Below, piece after piece: positions 61,634-64,000 of a stretch of DNA of 64,000 bases; the first letter of the stretch is position 1; every line of letters begins with the position of its first letter. A model generated the notes under the pieces. That model saw only the letters and a program-made list of their open reading frames with translations, did not search any database and was not told the origin of the DNA. The stretch lies in NCBI RefSeq assembly GCF_009834535.1, contig NC_045696.1, forward strand, positions 103,046,001-103,110,000, given 5' to 3'. This DNA comes from Camelus ferus. Taxonomy: Eukaryota. Position numbers and translations under genes: made by a program.

Positions 61634-61800
61634 GTACGTTTTGCCAGTGCTTTTACTTTAAAGTAGAAAATAATTAGATTTTGCAGTTCTTCAGAAAACA
61701 GCGTAATTTTGATGGTTAAGGTAGTGGGAGGAAAGGATTTTTTTGTTTTTATAGATCATTGTGTGGTTTTGGAGGAGAATGTTAATTAACTTGTGTTTTG

Positions 61801-62018
61801 CAGTTGACCCTTGAACAGTATGGGTTTGAACTACACAGGTCCACTTACACGTGGATTTTTTTCACTAAGTACTTAATACAGTACTACACATTCCACGGCT
61901 AGTTAAATCCATGGATGCAGAACTGCAGATACAGAGAGCTGACTGTAAAGTTATATGTGGATTTTCTACCGTGTGGAGGATTGACATCCCTAACCCCTGC
62001 ATCGTCAAGGGTCAACTG
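61801..62018. mobile_element. Tigger2-family MITE with intact TIRs
   Basis: TIRs cagttgacccttga / tcaagggtcaactg; right flank TA, left flank TG (mutated TA). Confidence 0.88.
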
Positions 62019-62244
62019 TATTCCTATGATAAAAATTACCAAATAGAAAATGGTTAGTTTTTTGCTTTCCACCTTCTAAAGCTCATACCACATGTATCTC
62101 AAAGGCCACCTGACTCAGCGCCAGGTTGATGACTAGTACAAAGTTTCTGTGAGATCTTGACCTCTAGAATGGTGGCTCACATTATTAAACTACAGCCTCC
62201 AGTATGAATTACATATATTCATATTTTATTTATTTTAATTAATA

Positions 62245-62552
62245 AACACTTATAAAGTGCTTACCAAGTGCCAAGCACTATTCTAAACATTTAAAAATAC
62301 TAACTCATGTATATTTTAACATAAATATATATAAGTAATATAAATACATATATGATATTAAAATGTTGACTCATTGTTAATAATTCTCACAACAATTTTT
62401 TAAGGTTAGTGGAATCACTATTATTTTACAATAGAGAAAATTAAGGAATAGAGAGGTTTAAGTAATTTGCTCAAGGTGACACAGGTAGTGAGTAGAAGAG
62501 CCAGGATTTGAAAACAGGCAGTCTGGGTCCACAGTCCATGCCTAACCACCAG
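62245..62552 (-). mobile_element. MIR SINE
   Basis: agagaggtttaagtaatttgctcaaggtgacaca...gagccaggatttgaaa.caggcagtctg. Confidence 0.85.
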
Positions 62553-63089
62553 ATGAGGCTGCTTTTCTATAAGTGAAATAAGAGGTTCATGAAATGCTGT
62601 GTACCCTTATTACATGCACTATACTTAGATTATTTTCTATACTATTATTTTTACCTTTTAAAAAAAAGTATAGTAAGATGCTAAGGATTAGATCTTTCCT
62701 AGAATCCGCTCAAAGATAGACCTAAGGTTTTACACATTGCTTCTTAAACTCAGGCTGTCTTCTAGTCTAGATACAGTCTTTCTGTGAGATCTGTTTTCAT
62801 ACTGACCTCCACTAACTAGAAGTGTAGAAATTTTAGTATTATTTACCAACTCATTTGAAGCTTCGTCAGGTGCCATTAGCAAGGAGGACTTTTGAAACAT
62901 GAGAAATAAAATATTTTAAATAGTTATGCTTTTAATCCTTTATTCCTTAGTTCTTATATTTCCTTGATTACAATTATGTAGAACTACAGTACCTGTAGTT
63001 GACATTAAATGCTAAATTTGATAGGAAATTGTCTTCTGTTTTGTTTCCCTTTACTTTCATATATTAAAACATAGCCTTTTGAAAATGAG

Positions 63090-63725
63090 ATAATTTGTTT
63101 ACCTAGCAAATAAGCAAATCTTTTAAAGTTATTATATTCAGTGTTGGTCTAGTAGTGGTAGAGTTCTTCTTTTAATTACTGGTGAAAACATAAATTAGTA
63201 AAATTGTTTTGTAAAGTACATATCCAAAAGCCTTTAAAATATTCATCCCTTTGATTCAATAATTTTAATTGTTAATCTATCTAAAAACATAAACAGAAGA
63301 TCCTTATATACAAGGAATTTTATTACAAAGTTTTTTATAATAGTGAAAAATTAGAACTAATTTACATGTCCAGTAGGAGGTTCATCATAATTGTCTCCAC
63401 CTCCTCATTACAGTCATCATCTCTGCATCTCCACTGTTTCCAGAATATGCAGAACTAATAAACTGGTCCTTACAGAAAGTGCGTAACAATTTAGAAAGGT
63501 GTTTATAGTATGTTATTAAGTACAAATTTTAAAAGAAGGACACAAAATCATGCACACAGTGTACTCTCATGAATGCTTTTAAAAAAAAACAAAAAACCTG
63601 GGCATAGGAAAGAGACTGAAAGAAACATACCAAAATATAATAGTGATTGCTATAAGGTAATAAAAATGCTTTTCTTTTTTATATGGATTTTCAATAATGA
63701 AGAAATATTTCTTTTATAATGAAAA
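63090..63725 (+). mobile_element. Old L1 (L1ME3-like) 3' end
   Basis: tattcatccctttgattcaataatt, gaaagaaacataccaaaat, cttttataatgaaaaa. Confidence 0.6.
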
Positions 63726-64000
63726 AGTAATGCATCTCATTTTCAAAAGCATATGTCCCCAAAATATGTAGGTCTGGAATTTCTAAGTGCACCCCTACCT
63801 GAATTTTGGTAACAGATCCTAATAGGTTTTATAGCCACTTTTGGGTTTAACTGCAGGTGCTCTTTTTTTTTTCTTTTGTGTATGTGTGTGTGATGATTAT
63901 TTTACCTTAAATGATGTTTTTTTGAGAAAAAAAGGATTAGAGGGAATATTATTCAGTGAACATAACATTTTTCAAAGTGTGTTCTAGCTGCTATAACCAG

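Overview
AT-rich mammalian genomic DNA, probably from a camelid (camel/alpaca/llama). That assignment rests on seven Vic-1-type tRNA-derived SINE copies and young L1 3' ends. The window holds two + strand genes in tight head-to-tail tandem. The first is the last 19 coding exons of ATR (exons 29-47 by human numbering; FAT, kinase, PRD and FATC regions; stop at 37045-37047). About 1.4 kb later, behind a CpG-island promoter, come the first 12 coding exons of XRN1 (ATG at 38459; gene runs off the right edge). All exons have GT-AG boundaries, consistent phases and no internal stops. Introns are filled with SINEs, L1, L2, MIR, MaLR LTRs and Tigger/hAT DNA transposon relics. I see no evidence for a new protein-coding system. 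The most unusual items are: a perfect 44-bp tandem duplication fused to a 24-bp copy of ATR exon 46 inside intron 45 (templated-insertion repair scar); a strong CTCF motif inside an internally deleted L1 that truncates a Tigger1; an ORF1-only (HAL1-like) L1; an Arg-rich uORF ending 8 nt before the XRN1 start; a candidate poison acceptor for XRN1 exon 4; and an inverted SINE pair next to a kinase-domain exon. Exon numbers and repeat subfamily names come from my recall of human ATR/XRN1 and repeat consensus sequences, not from database searches. Repeat boundaries are approximate.
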